From: Podarcis melisellensis
Lineage: Eukaryota
Length of the DNA stretch: 64,000 nucleotides
NCBI GenBank assembly: GCA_964234715.1
Contig: OZ174278.1
Direction: 5' to 3' (one strand)
Below, piece by piece: positions 37,301 to 49,030 of this stretch. Under the pieces are notes generated by a model that saw only the letters and a program-made list of their open reading frames with translations, was not told where the DNA came from and did not search any database. A program made the translations under genes and the position numbers. Each line of letters opens with the position of its first letter. Position 1 is the stretch's first letter.

Positions 37301-38629
37301 ATTAAGATAATAAAAATATTTCCTCTTTTTGCACTCAAGTAAAATGTGTACTCACTTTCTGATTCCACTGCTGGTTTAATTTTTAGTTTCCCTCTCCCCA
37401 GCTTGGTTATCCATGTAGTTAATGTTTTTTTCCTATTTAAATAATCTAAGTTACTGTGTTGGTAGGAAAAGTATTGTTTGTAAGATGCTAAATACAGTTC
37501 ACTTGACACCTTATCTGAAGGGAGAAAAACATTTTCTTAAAAAAAATGGAAAAACTACTCTAGGAAGAACTGGCAGTGACATCATGAAAATTCCTTGGTG
37601 ACATCACACTCATAGCTATGCATGTGTCTCAAAACGCTGGGAGTGATGAAGGAAACTTGAGCTATCTGATTAGCAAGGAGGCTGGGAAAACTAAAGATGT
37701 GCTAAAAACTAGAAGATGTAGCGGGAATGCTGATTTTAAAGGAAATCAATCCCTGGTTTGCTGCGGAATCATGCAAGAGGCATGGAAAACTTCTTGATCC
37801 AAATTTGAAGATTCTAGTGGAAATGATTTGCATCACATTAAAATTCTTAAAATTTCAGTTGCACTGCAGTAAACAATGTTCATTTCCAGCATCTGTCCAT
37901 TGTTGTTGTTGTTGTTAGATTTGTTAGCCACTAGTCACCAAAAGGTCACCAGCTGATTTACAATACATTTAAAAAGATAAATTGCATAATTAAACATAAT
38001 TACATTGTACCATGAACAGAGTCATACAAAACAAAAGGCATGCAATTCCATCATTCATTCACACACAAACACACACACACCTCCATAACAACAGTGGGAA
38101 ACTTTGATAGCACACTAACAGCATCATCTCAGTTCCTTAAAAACCAAAGGAAATCTTTACCTGGCAGGCAAGTGGTACCTGCACTAAAATGTTGCCTTGT
38201 GGAATGTGTACAGTTCCATTCAGTCACACCCTGCTACTTCTCTGTGATGCTCTAATTCTATCCCCCCCCCCTTCCACCTGCTTTTGCATTTCTCTCTGTC
38301 CTCAACAGTCATCATTCTGTGGCCATTGAGCATGTCTATTCTCAGTCAGTTGTTTCTGAGGTTCCTTCATCCTTGCGTTCTCCCCCCCCCCCAAAAAAAA
38401 ATATATATATGATGATGGTGATGAAAATACAAACATGCAAGTTATTTTTATTTTTGCATGTCTTTCTTCAATCCTTGAGGTTCTCACAAACGTGCTGATA
38501 ACCCCAGTGCATGGATGAATCCATTTCGGCAATGTAAGGAACTACACTCACCTCTGAATGTTGGAAATAGAGGGAAATGTTTTATTCTGTTCTGCTGCAT
38601 TATATAAAAGTTGGCATATGGAAATGAGA

Positions 38630-38631
<2 letters not shown>

Positions 38632-38671
<40 letters not shown>
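38632..38671. repeat. (GT)20 microsatellite
   Basis: Direct reading; 52 nt upstream of a strong splice acceptor. Confidence 0.95.
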
Positions 38672-38674
<3 letters not shown>

Positions 38675-38723
38675 GGAGGGTGTTCTTTTCTCTTTTCCCC
38701 TCTGTCCTTTTTGTAATCCCCAG

Positions 38724-38793
38724 GTCTGAAGCTCAAGGGAAGGCATGTTTCTCTGGGATTTCTGGGAAATCGTCTCTTTATTTTGCAGCGCAG
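38724..38793 (+). other. Candidate 70-nt exon; ATG 38745 gives a hydrophobic leader-like MFLWDFWEIVSLFCSA + phase-1 intron
   Basis: Long pyrimidine tract ending ...gtaatccccag| and donor CAG|gtaagc. Confidence 0.6.
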
Positions 38794-40544
38794 GTAAGCT
38801 GAGAAGTTAACAGATGGCCAGAGAGTGATGGGGACTGCTGAATGGAACTGCCTACAGATGGTGCACTAGCTCCCTTTGAAGCTGTCCGTGGGTTGCATGA
38901 CAGCCCAATATGGTTGTGGACTTCGAAATACGTGTATTCCCACACAACCCTGATGTCATTATGACATTTCTCTTCTCAAGGAAGAAGGGGTGTATATGTG
39001 TGTGTGTGCGTGTTGCGTGTGTATTCAGGATGGGAGGAAGGATGGCCAGATGGATAAACATAAATAGAAATAGGAAAAACACAGAACACACAAAAGAAAA
39101 TAGCTTGATATCTGTAGCTGGGATTCCATCCGCAGACAAACTTTCTCACATTGTTCAGCTGCACCATTTCAGAGACTGGAGAGAGGAATCACAGCAAGAG
39201 TCAAGGACCTATATTTGAGTTGCAAAAAAGCAGCACATTTTTAAAAGCACTTGTTGTTCTTGTTGCTGAATTGTCATAATCTTCAGAAGTAGATATGCTC
39301 CTCAGGAATAATTGGATGTCATCTGAAACATGGCTGAGGTGATTTCCTTCCACCCTTTCTTTCAGGTCTTTGGTCTCATCCTGAACAATGGACTGTTTTT
39401 AAAAGAAAAACCCACTGCATTTTCCTTGGAGTGGTTCTCTCTGTTTTTCTTCAATGTCAAACTAGACTAGTTTTAACACGTACAGGGTTGTTGTTTTCAA
39501 TAGTCACTACAGAGGGATGGCAATCTAGAGAGGGACGATGATGATGAATGACTGAATGAATGATGATGACTTATTAGTAACTTTCTACCCAAGCTTTGCA
39601 GTGTGGGCATTTGAGGCTTCGATTCTAAATCCAGATTCAAAGCTTTAGAAATAGTGCAGAAAAAAATTCTTCAGAAACTTTATTCCATCCCTTTGGGAAT
39701 CTCTGAAGCTCTCTTATGCACAGAATTGAGGGGGCCAACAATCAAGGCAACAGGGGACTGCACCCTGCTAAATTACATCAGATGAACTGCAGCTCTGTAA
39801 ACTGCACATTTTCCTGCTTTGTCTTATTTGGAATGGGGGTAATAACCAATATTGGAAGTCTATACAACAAAACCTATAAGTCAGTCCTTGGTTCAGGGCC
39901 CAATATATCCAGGTAGGGCTGGGAATGTCCCCTGCCTGTAAGCCCTGAGACCCCTACCAGTCAACAGTGTGTGGACAACACACTGGGCTAGATTGGCAGG
40001 TGAGCTGCCTCAGTATAAGGCAACCGCCTATATTCATACAAAGCTGAGGGGGGGGGGAAGTATTCAAAAAATTAAATACCATGTGCGACAAAAAAACACC
40101 ACCATTTAAAAAATCAAAATCAACAAAGATACATGAAAACAAGACCTGCAATCCCAAAGTTGAAACTGAGAGGTCCAGACTTCCTGAGTGATGCTGCCAA
40201 CTCTTCAGGTGCTGCATAAGTAGTGGCATCCTAAAGGTAAGAAGAAAAACACTGGTACAAATCAGACTTAAATACGAGTATTCTTTTCCCAGCAATATCC
40301 AAAGCAAATGTAGATATAGCAAAGGAAGTAGTGAAGCAAACCAACCCCCCACCAACCTTTCTTTCTGACACAGCAGTGAAAGTGTGAGATTTAAATAGAT
40401 AAGTCTAGGAGCTGTGGGGAAGGGAAAGATTCAGGGAGTAAAATGAATTGCTGTATCTGCGGGAAGAGAAAAGATGTATCAGACGGTATGTGTATTTTAT
40501 GCATAATATTATTCTTCACACTGGCTTTTGTTCTCTCCCTCCAG

Positions 40545-40667
40545 GCTCCATGGGCTTCTCGGTTCATCCATCTAGCTTCAATAGGGAGATACATCTCTCA
40601 GCTCTTTTCTCCATGACACAGTTAACCTGGTATAGCAGGAGATTCTTCTTTGCTCAGAAGCTTATGT
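40545..40667 (+). other. Candidate 123-nt exon (only the phase 1-1 frame is open)
   Basis: Acceptor cttttgttctctccctccag| and donor TGT|gtaagt. Confidence 0.4.
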
Positions 40668-42993
40668 GTAAGTTGGTTGATAGGCTAGGGACATTCAGAG
40701 CTCTCTGTCCTGGAGGAAAAATTCTTATCCAGTTATTTCAGGGGCACAATTCAAGGTGCAGATGTTAAAATTTGGAAGTTCAAAACCAGGGATGGGGAAC
40801 CTGCAGCCTCCAAGGTGTGGCTGGACTACAGTTCCGATCATCCCTGACGACTGGCCATGCTGGTTGGGGCTCATAGGAGTTGGAGTCCAGCAGCATCCAA
40901 TCTAATAAAGGAAATGAATGGAATGACATTTCTCAGGAGTATGAATGAACCATGGAAGATTGTTCTTTTGCAGGATTAGAAGTGTATAGAACTTTTGGAG
41001 GGGTCCTGCACAAGAAGCAAAACACTACCAGGTTCCCCATCCCTATCATCAGACTGGGGCAACCCAGTAGATATTGGGGTACAAATAATAGCATCATCAT
41101 TGTCATCATCATCATCATCCTAAACAGAGTACCCATGGAATTATGGGGGCAGATGGATGACAGCATGCAACACCTCGGCTAACACTGACTCCCCATATGC
41201 AACCTGGCCAGGCTCAAGCGGGGGTGGGGGTGGGAGGCTGTGTGTTAATATGCAACTGGACAACTTGGGCCCAGGATACTGTAAGTACCACCTGAGCCCT
41301 TATATCCTAGCTCAATCACTAAGATCATCCGTAGGAGTGCTGTTCATTGCTCGCTCGCTCTCCCCCCTCCAAAAGTCTGTCTGGCCTCAGCTAGAAGACA
41401 GGCATTTATCACCATCCTACTGCCTCCAAGACAGCAGGTAGAATATGGCCATTGAGAATACTCCATTAATGTGCACAATCCTCTTTTCGATGTTAAAGGG
41501 AGTAAAGTCTGCAGTGTTTGCATTAAGACTCTGTTCAGTGTAAGAATTCATTTGGCACTGATATTTTGCTCCATCTTCTAGTTATTTATTCTGCATGTTA
41601 CTCCTTCTACAAATACAGGGTGGTATCCAACTAAACAGCTACGCTAGCTCAACAACATATAATTCAATGTTCTAGCATAAATTCATCAGCATTTGAGTGT
41701 GAATGTCTTCTAATAAACGCAAGTTTATGTGTTCTTTTGACTAATGTACACATTTGCAAGCAATATTCTCTAATAATAATTTGTGTGTGTAATTTTCACT
41801 AACATTTTCATTTCTATGCACACTTGCCCCCAGTACATTGATTTCTGAAAACATTTGATGTGAGAACAAAATGTGGATAAATGTGAGTTTCGAAGGATAG
41901 CTCTGTTTAGGTTTGCATTCTGATTCAGAAAGCACAAATTTGATAAGATTCACCTTTAAATCCATTGAATTCTCCTCTGCCCCACCTCAAAATGAAGCAA
42001 ACCACCCTGTGCCACCCACTTGCTCATTCTGCTGTTTAGGGTCCTGGACGTCTATCCCCAAGTTCCTTTCCTGACAGCACCACTGGCCTTCTCTGCTTTA
42101 AAGGAAAGGAGGAGTTTGAAGTTTCTGCAGAAAAGCAAACAGCGGCATTTTTATGCTGTTCACAAGAAAACATTGATTTTCCTTAATCTGGTTGGGGAGA
42201 AAAAGATATTCACATGCTTGAAAGAATGATGTTTCCCTCAAGAGCCAAGTGTATGTGCTATGAAGGCTTGATTGAAGCACATAAAAGGTATCATGTACCC
42301 CAAGCAAACTTCACACCTGAGCTGAAAGTGATCAATTTTGCTTAAGGTTGCACACACACACAGAAAGAGCAAAGTATATCAGCGTCGCCACCAGAGCTGC
42401 AACAAAACTACCATCAAGCTGTTATTTTAGTATCCATCTGCAAAGAGATTTCATCTGACGTGGCTTTGGATGTGAGATCAGAAAACCCAAGTTATGCCTG
42501 CTGAATACCCTTCTGAAGAAAAGATGGTCAGCTGAAAGGAGAGGTAACTGGAGTCCATAAACTTTCAGTGGTGTGATAATTTACCTCTAGGCATATACAC
42601 CCCAAAGAGAATGCAAAAGGTATTTTTCAGGCTGAGACAAAAATGAGAAATGCTTCCAGGGTTAGGGAACAAAGAAAAACGGGTCAGCCACGACAGAATT
42701 CATGGATCTGAATTGTGCTTTTCAACTTTAAAAAAGTTTCCTCCCCTTCTTTAAAAATATGCATAATCCATCAAAGAACCTTTAGCTGACCGCTATTGAA
42801 AGGCACAACAGATGATAGCCTAATGGTAAAGCCCAATTCATGCATGTTATGCTAGCTAGTTGAAATTGGAAGTGTGCAAGAGAGCTTTTCAACATCAGTA
42901 GCTGTTGTGTGTTGTGGCACAGTCAACTTCAGCCAGCATTTTTGCCTGGCTCCAAAGTGCCCCTGAATTCCTCATCACTAGCCACTTTTCAGT

Positions 42994-43650
42994 CAGTGGT
43001 GGCTGGTGCCTATTGGAACAGGTAGGGTTGAAGATAGGACAGCCAGTGTAGGTGGAGCCAGAGCCAATGACAGGTAAGGTAAAGGGTAAAGGGACCATTA
43101 AGTCCAGTTGTGACCGACTCTGGAGTTGTGGCACTCATCTCACTTTACTGGCCGAGGGAGCCAGCGTACAGCTTCCAGGTCATGTGGCCAGCATGACTAA
43201 GCTGCTTCTGGCGAACCAGAACAGCGCACGGAAACGCCGTTTACCTTCCCGCTGGAGCGGTACCTATTAATCTACTTGCACTTTGACATGCTTTCGAACT
43301 GCTAGGTTGGCAGGAGCAGGGACTGAGCAACGGGAGCTCACCCCGTCACGGGGATTTGAACCGCCAACCTTCTGATCAGCAAGTCCTAGGCTCTGTGGTT
43401 TAACCCACAGCGCCACCCACGTCCCTCCAATGACAGGTGGAACCAACTAATTATACTTTCCTCCTCATCTTCTCTCTGCTGAATTATGCAAGGGAAATCA
43501 CTGAGACTAAGGAGGAGGATGCTGACAAGCAGTGTCACCCCCAGGACTGGTTGTGAATAAGAAGGCAGGCAGGTGGGGGCTGGTTAAGAACAGACTGAGG
43601 TTGGTGGGGCAGTGTCCCATTTGTCCCCAGTGGAGAACCAGCCTCTACTG
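42994..43650. mobile_element. Old hAT-like non-autonomous element hosting a Sauria SINE
   Basis: Inverted ends CAGTGGTGGCTGGT / ACCAGCCTCTACTG; TSD degenerate. Confidence 0.5.
43076..43426 (-). mobile_element. Sauria SINE, full length
   Basis: 12-bp TSD CCAATGACAGGT (43064-43075, 43427-43438). Confidence 0.93.
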
Positions 43651-44391
43651 CAATCAGTGGCCTCCTTAACCACTGAAATTAGAGTTTGAACTTGCTTGTA
43701 TGGAACTTGCTTGTCTTTTTAAAAAAATCATAAAAGCGCTCTTTATGATGTGCTGCTCTCAGTATATTAGAGGGAAACAGTGACGCACTAGCTATGTTTC
43801 AGTGAGGAGTAGACACCTCTGTATTTGTGATAAGAGGGTTGAAAAGGGAATGGGCTGGCTGCTCCTTCTGTAGCTTCTCTTTGGAAGCTCATAAGATCCT
43901 CTCTTCTCTGATTGCATTCCAAGAGCCTGGGTTGGCTGGCTTGACTGTCTGCCAAGAAAATCCATCTTCTGCGTCTTTGAGATTTCAGAGCTTTGGGGCA
44001 AAGAAGAGAGAACAATGAGCAAAATGGGAGGGGCCTGAAAGGGGGGGAGGGGAGTTGCAGACTGAATTCTGTAAGATACCACAAGGCTGAACATGGTGAG
44101 TTGCCAACAATAATACTGGGGGACCATTTTAATTAAATTCTCTCCTGACAGAGGCATGCAGCTCCTGTGAAGCAGATGAGAGAGAACTGCTTGCTGTTGA
44201 AAAGTTCACACCTGTCAGCAGCCGGTTAATTCAACATGTATCTGATTAGCCAAGTTAATCATGGGTGGGGACTGCATTAACCCTTGAGCCATGTATGCTG
44301 TAGAGCAAGAGCCCAGTCGAAGTGGCAAGCTTACTTTACAATGCAGTCTTAAGTAGCATTACTCAGCAGTGAACAGTCTTGAGAAGTATGG

Positions 44392-44722
44392 GGAAGAGCC
44401 ATTGCTCAGGGGTGGAGCATCTGCCTTGCAAGCAGAAGCTCCCAGGTTCAATCCCTGGCATCTCAGGGTAGGCTTGGGAGAGGCTACTGCCTGAAATCCT
44501 GGACAATTAATGCCAGTCAGTGTAGATCAGGATTTCTCAAACTTGGGTCTCCATCTGCTTTTGGACTACAATTCCCATCATCCCTGACCTGCTAGCTAGG
44601 GATGATGGGAGTTGTAGTCCAACAACAGCTGGAGACCCAAGTTTGGGAAACCCTGGTGTAGACAAGACTGAGCAAGATGTACCAATCGTACTGACTCGGT
44701 ATAAGGCAGCTTCCAATGTCCC
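44392..44722 (+). mobile_element. tRNA-derived SINE interrupted by a MITE
   Basis: Head GCTCAG..GGAGCATCTG..CCCAGGTTCAATCCCTGG. Sequence resumes after 44655 with the GGCAGCTTCC tail. Confidence 0.8.
44528..44655. mobile_element. Palindromic 128-bp hAT-type MITE
   Basis: Nearly fully self-complementary, with 8-bp TSD GTGTAGAT/GTGTAGAC. Degenerate relatives at ~5325-5440, 25085-25195, 40787-40897, 44900-45000, 46540-46603, 50537-50675. Confidence 0.88.
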
Positions 44723-45165
44723 TAAGTACCTGATAAGTAAGTTTGGGATTGGACTGTACAGTTGCCAGATAGCAACCTTGTACAGATTATGTACGTACTG
44801 GGCCCCTACAAAATCCCATACAGTTCAGACCCTGCAAAAGAAGAGTTTCCAAGACTCATTTGTAAGTAGCGGAAGTTTCCCGCACCCCATTGCTTTATTA
44901 CAGCGATGGGGAACCTGCAGCCCTCCAGACATTGTGGGACTTCAGTTCCCATCAGCACCTGAACATATAAAAGCTGTGGGGCAGGTGGGCCCCACCCCTG
45001 CTCTAGAGTCCCTACAGGAGAGCAGAGGACCAGGGGAGAGCCTCCACAAATTAACTAGATACAAACATTAGTCATCTCCACATTGCCTCTCCTTCTAGCC
45101 TCTAAATAATTACCAGTACCTTGGGTATATACTTCAGCTACTAGGCAAGAAATCATTCATACAAC

Positions 45166-45304
45166 CAGGGCCTTTTTTGCCAACTGACACTCACTGAAAC
45201 TCAGTTCTGGCACCTCTCTGGTGGGAAACCATTGCCAATATAAGAGAACAATAGAGGTGTTTGTGGTGAGTTCCAGCACCTCTTTTTCTAGAAAAATAGC
45301 ACTG
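45166..45304. mobile_element. hAT MITE, 139 bp
   Basis: Ends CAGGGCCTTTTTT / AAAAATAGCACTG with perfect 8-bp TSD CATACAAC. Confidence 0.8.
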
Positions 45305-46107
45305 CATACAACCACATTGTTGTCTTATCCCAACTCAAATCACTAGGCCATCTAGCTTTGTCCTGTCTATTGATTGACATAGACTCTCCAGGGTTTCATA
45401 AAGTAGTCTTTGTCAGCCCTGCCCTGAGATGTCCTGGATTTTACCTGGGACCATCTGTGTACAAAGGATGTGATCTACACTGAGTTATAACCCTTCCATT
45501 ATATTATCCCCACACATAACATTGCTCTCAGCAGCGTCAATGCAGGTAAAGGTTTGTGTGTGATCACGTACACATGCACTGTCAATCCATGTCCATATTG
45601 CCCTGGAGGGACTATATTTAGGAATGAATGAGAAGCTCACTCATTAACATTTCTGTTAAAAGAGCCAACAGATGAGATCATTAGCACTAATTGTGGCTGT
45701 GGTGTGTAAAATCCAGACATTTCCCTTCTCCACTGGGAATGTAACCGCAATTCACAAGCTCCTATTTAGTGTATCATGTCTTATCAGGGACTCAACATTT
45801 TGGAACTTCCACTTGGTTGCTTCTGTCTTCTTAGTTTCCTATGCCATTGGCATAGGAAGGATTAATAAAGTATGGGGCAGCTCTAGGGTGAAGAACAGTA
45901 GCAGGCAATAGCATAGGGGGGTGTTGGTTACCTGGCTTCCCAATGCTGGTAAATGAGAAGAGAAACAGGGAGGTGATGGGAAGGTCAGCATGGTACTGGG
46001 TTAGCTCTGATGCTGTATACACACCACACTGACCTCTCCACCCCCTCAGTTACTGGCAGCAACCTCTACCTTGGGAAACCAGGTTAATAATACTGTCCTA
46101 CCAAATG

Positions 46108-46468
46108 GGACGCAGGTGGCGCTGTGGGTTAAAGCCTCAGCGCCTAGGACTTGCCGATCGAAAGGTCGGCGGTTCGAATCCCTGCGGCGGGGTGCGCTCC
46201 CGCTGCTCGGTCCCAGCGCCTGCCAACCTAGCAGTTCGAAAGCACCTCCGGGTGCAAGTAGATAAATAGGGACCGCTTACCAGCGGGAAGGTAAACGGCG
46301 TTTCCGTGTGCAGCTCTGGCTCGCCAGATGCAGCTTTGTCACGCTGGCCATGTGACCCGGAAGTGTCTTCGGACAGCGCTGGCCCCTGGCCTCTTAAGTG
46401 AGATGGGCGCACAACCACAGAGTCTGTCAAGACTGGCCCGTACGGGCAGGGGTACCTTTACCTTTACT
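46108..46468 (+). mobile_element. Sauria SINE, full length, CpG-rich (young)
   Basis: Head GGACGCAGGTGGCGCTGTGGGTTAAA, B-box GGTTCGAATCCC, tail ACCTTTACCTTTAC, TSD TACCAAAT(GG). Confidence 0.93.
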
Positions 46469-47765
46469 TACCAAATGGTACTGGTGGAAAATATCCAGAA
46501 TGCATGAAACAAAATATAGAAAGCACAACATGCAGCAACCATGGCCAATGGGATGATGGAAGTGTAGTTCAGCAGCATCTGAAGGACCAGACGTTCTCCA
46601 TGCTTGGGGTGAAGGAAGAGGACTAAGTCCTAAGGGGCTTGACAGGAGTGGGGAAAGAAAAGGGGACGGGAAGGGATAGGAAACAATACGGAGGAAGAAT
46701 CAAAAGAGTGATAATGGTGAACAGGGCTGGACTAAGGATAGTTTGTTCCCTGCCTTCCACAGCAATCAAATCAGCAGGGGAAGAAACTTGGAGAAAAGCA
46801 TTATTGCCTGCTAACATCTGTAGATCCAGCTGCTGATAAAGGCACAGCCTCTAAAAATGCCGACAACCTTAGCTGAAAGTAAGCAAATGCAGCTACACAC
46901 ATTCTTAGAGTACATTTAAATAAGTGAGATTCTTTCAAGACTGTTGGGCGGAGGGGGTGGTGAATCCCACTTGCTAGGAAATCTTCTGAGAAACGTAAGG
47001 TGCCTATTTTCCCCTCTTCAATCCCCAGGTGGGTGTCGGCATTAATTAGAGATGGTGTTAAAGTAATGCTCCGGAGCTAAAGGAACCTGGCAGAGTCTGG
47101 ATTTCACACTGTCACTTTGACTCCTGATTAAAACGGAGACATTTCCATTGAAGGACCTGTAGCTGGCAATAGAGGGCGGTGGTTGTTCTTCAGAAGACTG
47201 CTAAAGAAGCTAGTGGAAATTTTATTATCTTGGTGAGTGGAAGAGACTTTAAAGGAATCATTAGATTTCAAAACTGAGTAGGATGGTAGGAGCTTCAGCA
47301 GCAAACACATTCTCCTGTGATAAAATGAAAAGAGAATCGTAATGCACTTTGTACACTGAGAAGCAATTTCAAATAGCTCTTTCCAGATGTTCTTTGAATG
47401 TGGGGAGACAAGAGTGGGAGGGGAATCATATGTGGCATCCCCATTCCCAGCCTCTACACCAGGGGTGGGGAAGTGGATGCAGCAGGCTGGCCAGATTATC
47501 TCCCTTATCACCAGAAGACAAAGTTTGACAGGTTGATGTGACCATAAACTATTAAGTGGATTATCAAAGACAGAGGGTGGTATTAAACTAGGTTTGTAAG
47601 TAGCATTATTAATATGATCTCCCCTTGTAGGTTTGAATAAAGTTCACAGTTACCGGGAACTGGGCCAAAATCCGTAAACAGAAAGGGTACACAGCAAGAA
47701 GAATTGAACAGACAGACAGAAAAGGAAGCCACAAACGCCTCTAAATGAAACTGTTATCTCTATAT

Positions 47766-48252
47766 TGTTATGAGTTTGGGGTGTTTAGCTGGATGCAAGG
47801 TCCCTCTAATCCTTGGATCCAGTAACTATTATAATTTAATCAAGGCTTCTAATTCTTGGAATAGCCAGGCTAGTTTCTTGGTGAGATGATAGCCTGGGTG
47901 GTGAACCATTAAGGTGAATTAAAGTAAGATGGTAAATGGGTGGGGGCTCTCCCTCAACAGATAAACTCAGAGGACAGTCATGTGACCTAGAAAGAAAGCA
48001 GGAAGCTTGGGAGAGTCAGAGAAATGTTGGAGAGCAATGCTTGATTTCTGTTTTAATCCAAGTCTGTGGCTACGGGAGAAATAAGACCTTTTAGAGGTAT
48101 TAATGCTGTGAACTCCTCCATCATAGGCTCAGGTTGTACACATGTGTAAATAAACCATATATCATATAAACACCAGAGTCTCCACTGTGCCTCATTTCAA
48201 AAAGGAAACACAAACCCTTACACTGGTTGGAAATTGGGGTGAAATGCAAAAA
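47766..48252 (+). mobile_element. Older LTR-like repeat (same family as 11444-11982)
   Basis: Starts TGTTATGAG, AATAAA at ~48149, internal blocks shared with the 11.4 kb copy. Confidence 0.6.
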
Positions 48253-48399
48253 ATATCAGTCAGGAACTGAACTGAACTGTTCCATCTTTTGCATTAATTC
48301 CACTAGTTACATGGTCAGGTGCATATAGGATGTACCGGTAAACTATGTCTTGCCATAATCTATCTGGGAGAGCAAGCCTTGGTCATGTGCACAAAATGA

Positions 48400-49030
48400 A
48401 AGTTGTGGTTCGAGGACCCGACCCCCGAGAAGTAAAATGAAGACACGGGGACACATGATATAAGGTTAATGGGCTAGAAAAGGCCACAACTTTATTGATT
48501 ACAGCAATGAAAAGGTATTGGCTTAGGCATTGGATCGCGAAACAAGTGGGTTTATTCACCAGGGGTTCATCACCTGTTGATGCTAATCCAACTATAGGCT
48601 CGCCCCTGATGTCACCGAGGGCCGTGCCATGGTCTCCCGCCAAGCAGGCTTCGGACGCAATACACAACCGCCAGATTCCATTAACGGAATACCCCTAGAA
48701 ATTGAAGGCATAGGCGATGGCCACACCTAGCACTTCGACACACCACAACACATTATTCCAATGCCTAACCGCCACCCGAGCTAACAAGACGACAAAGAGA
48801 AATGAGGCCGGGGAGAAGCTGGCACTGCAGCATAAAGGCTGTTGGACACGCCCCCCCCCCATGGCACCTGGTTGGACGGCCACCGGGGGGGGGGCGTGAG
48901 TGCCAGCCAGGTGAGCTGGATGCAGGGGGCAACGCTCCCGTCCACAACCACTCCCCTCTCTTTCAGGGAGGAGAGTCGATGGCAGGATCCCCAAGGATCA
49001 GCTCCTCTATGGGGAGCTGATTTCGGGCAC
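48400..49030 (-). mobile_element. GC-rich LTR/DIRS-like repeat
   Basis: GGCCACAACTTTATTGATTACAG is the reverse of the motif at ~24533-24556. CpG-rich. Ends not defined. Confidence 0.5.

Noticed and set aside
38745-38793. Assignment to VSIG1 or another Ig-superfamily gene from the 49-nt phase-1 leader exon
   Set aside because: Many genes share this exon geometry, similarity is weak, and no Ig-domain exon was found downstream in the window.
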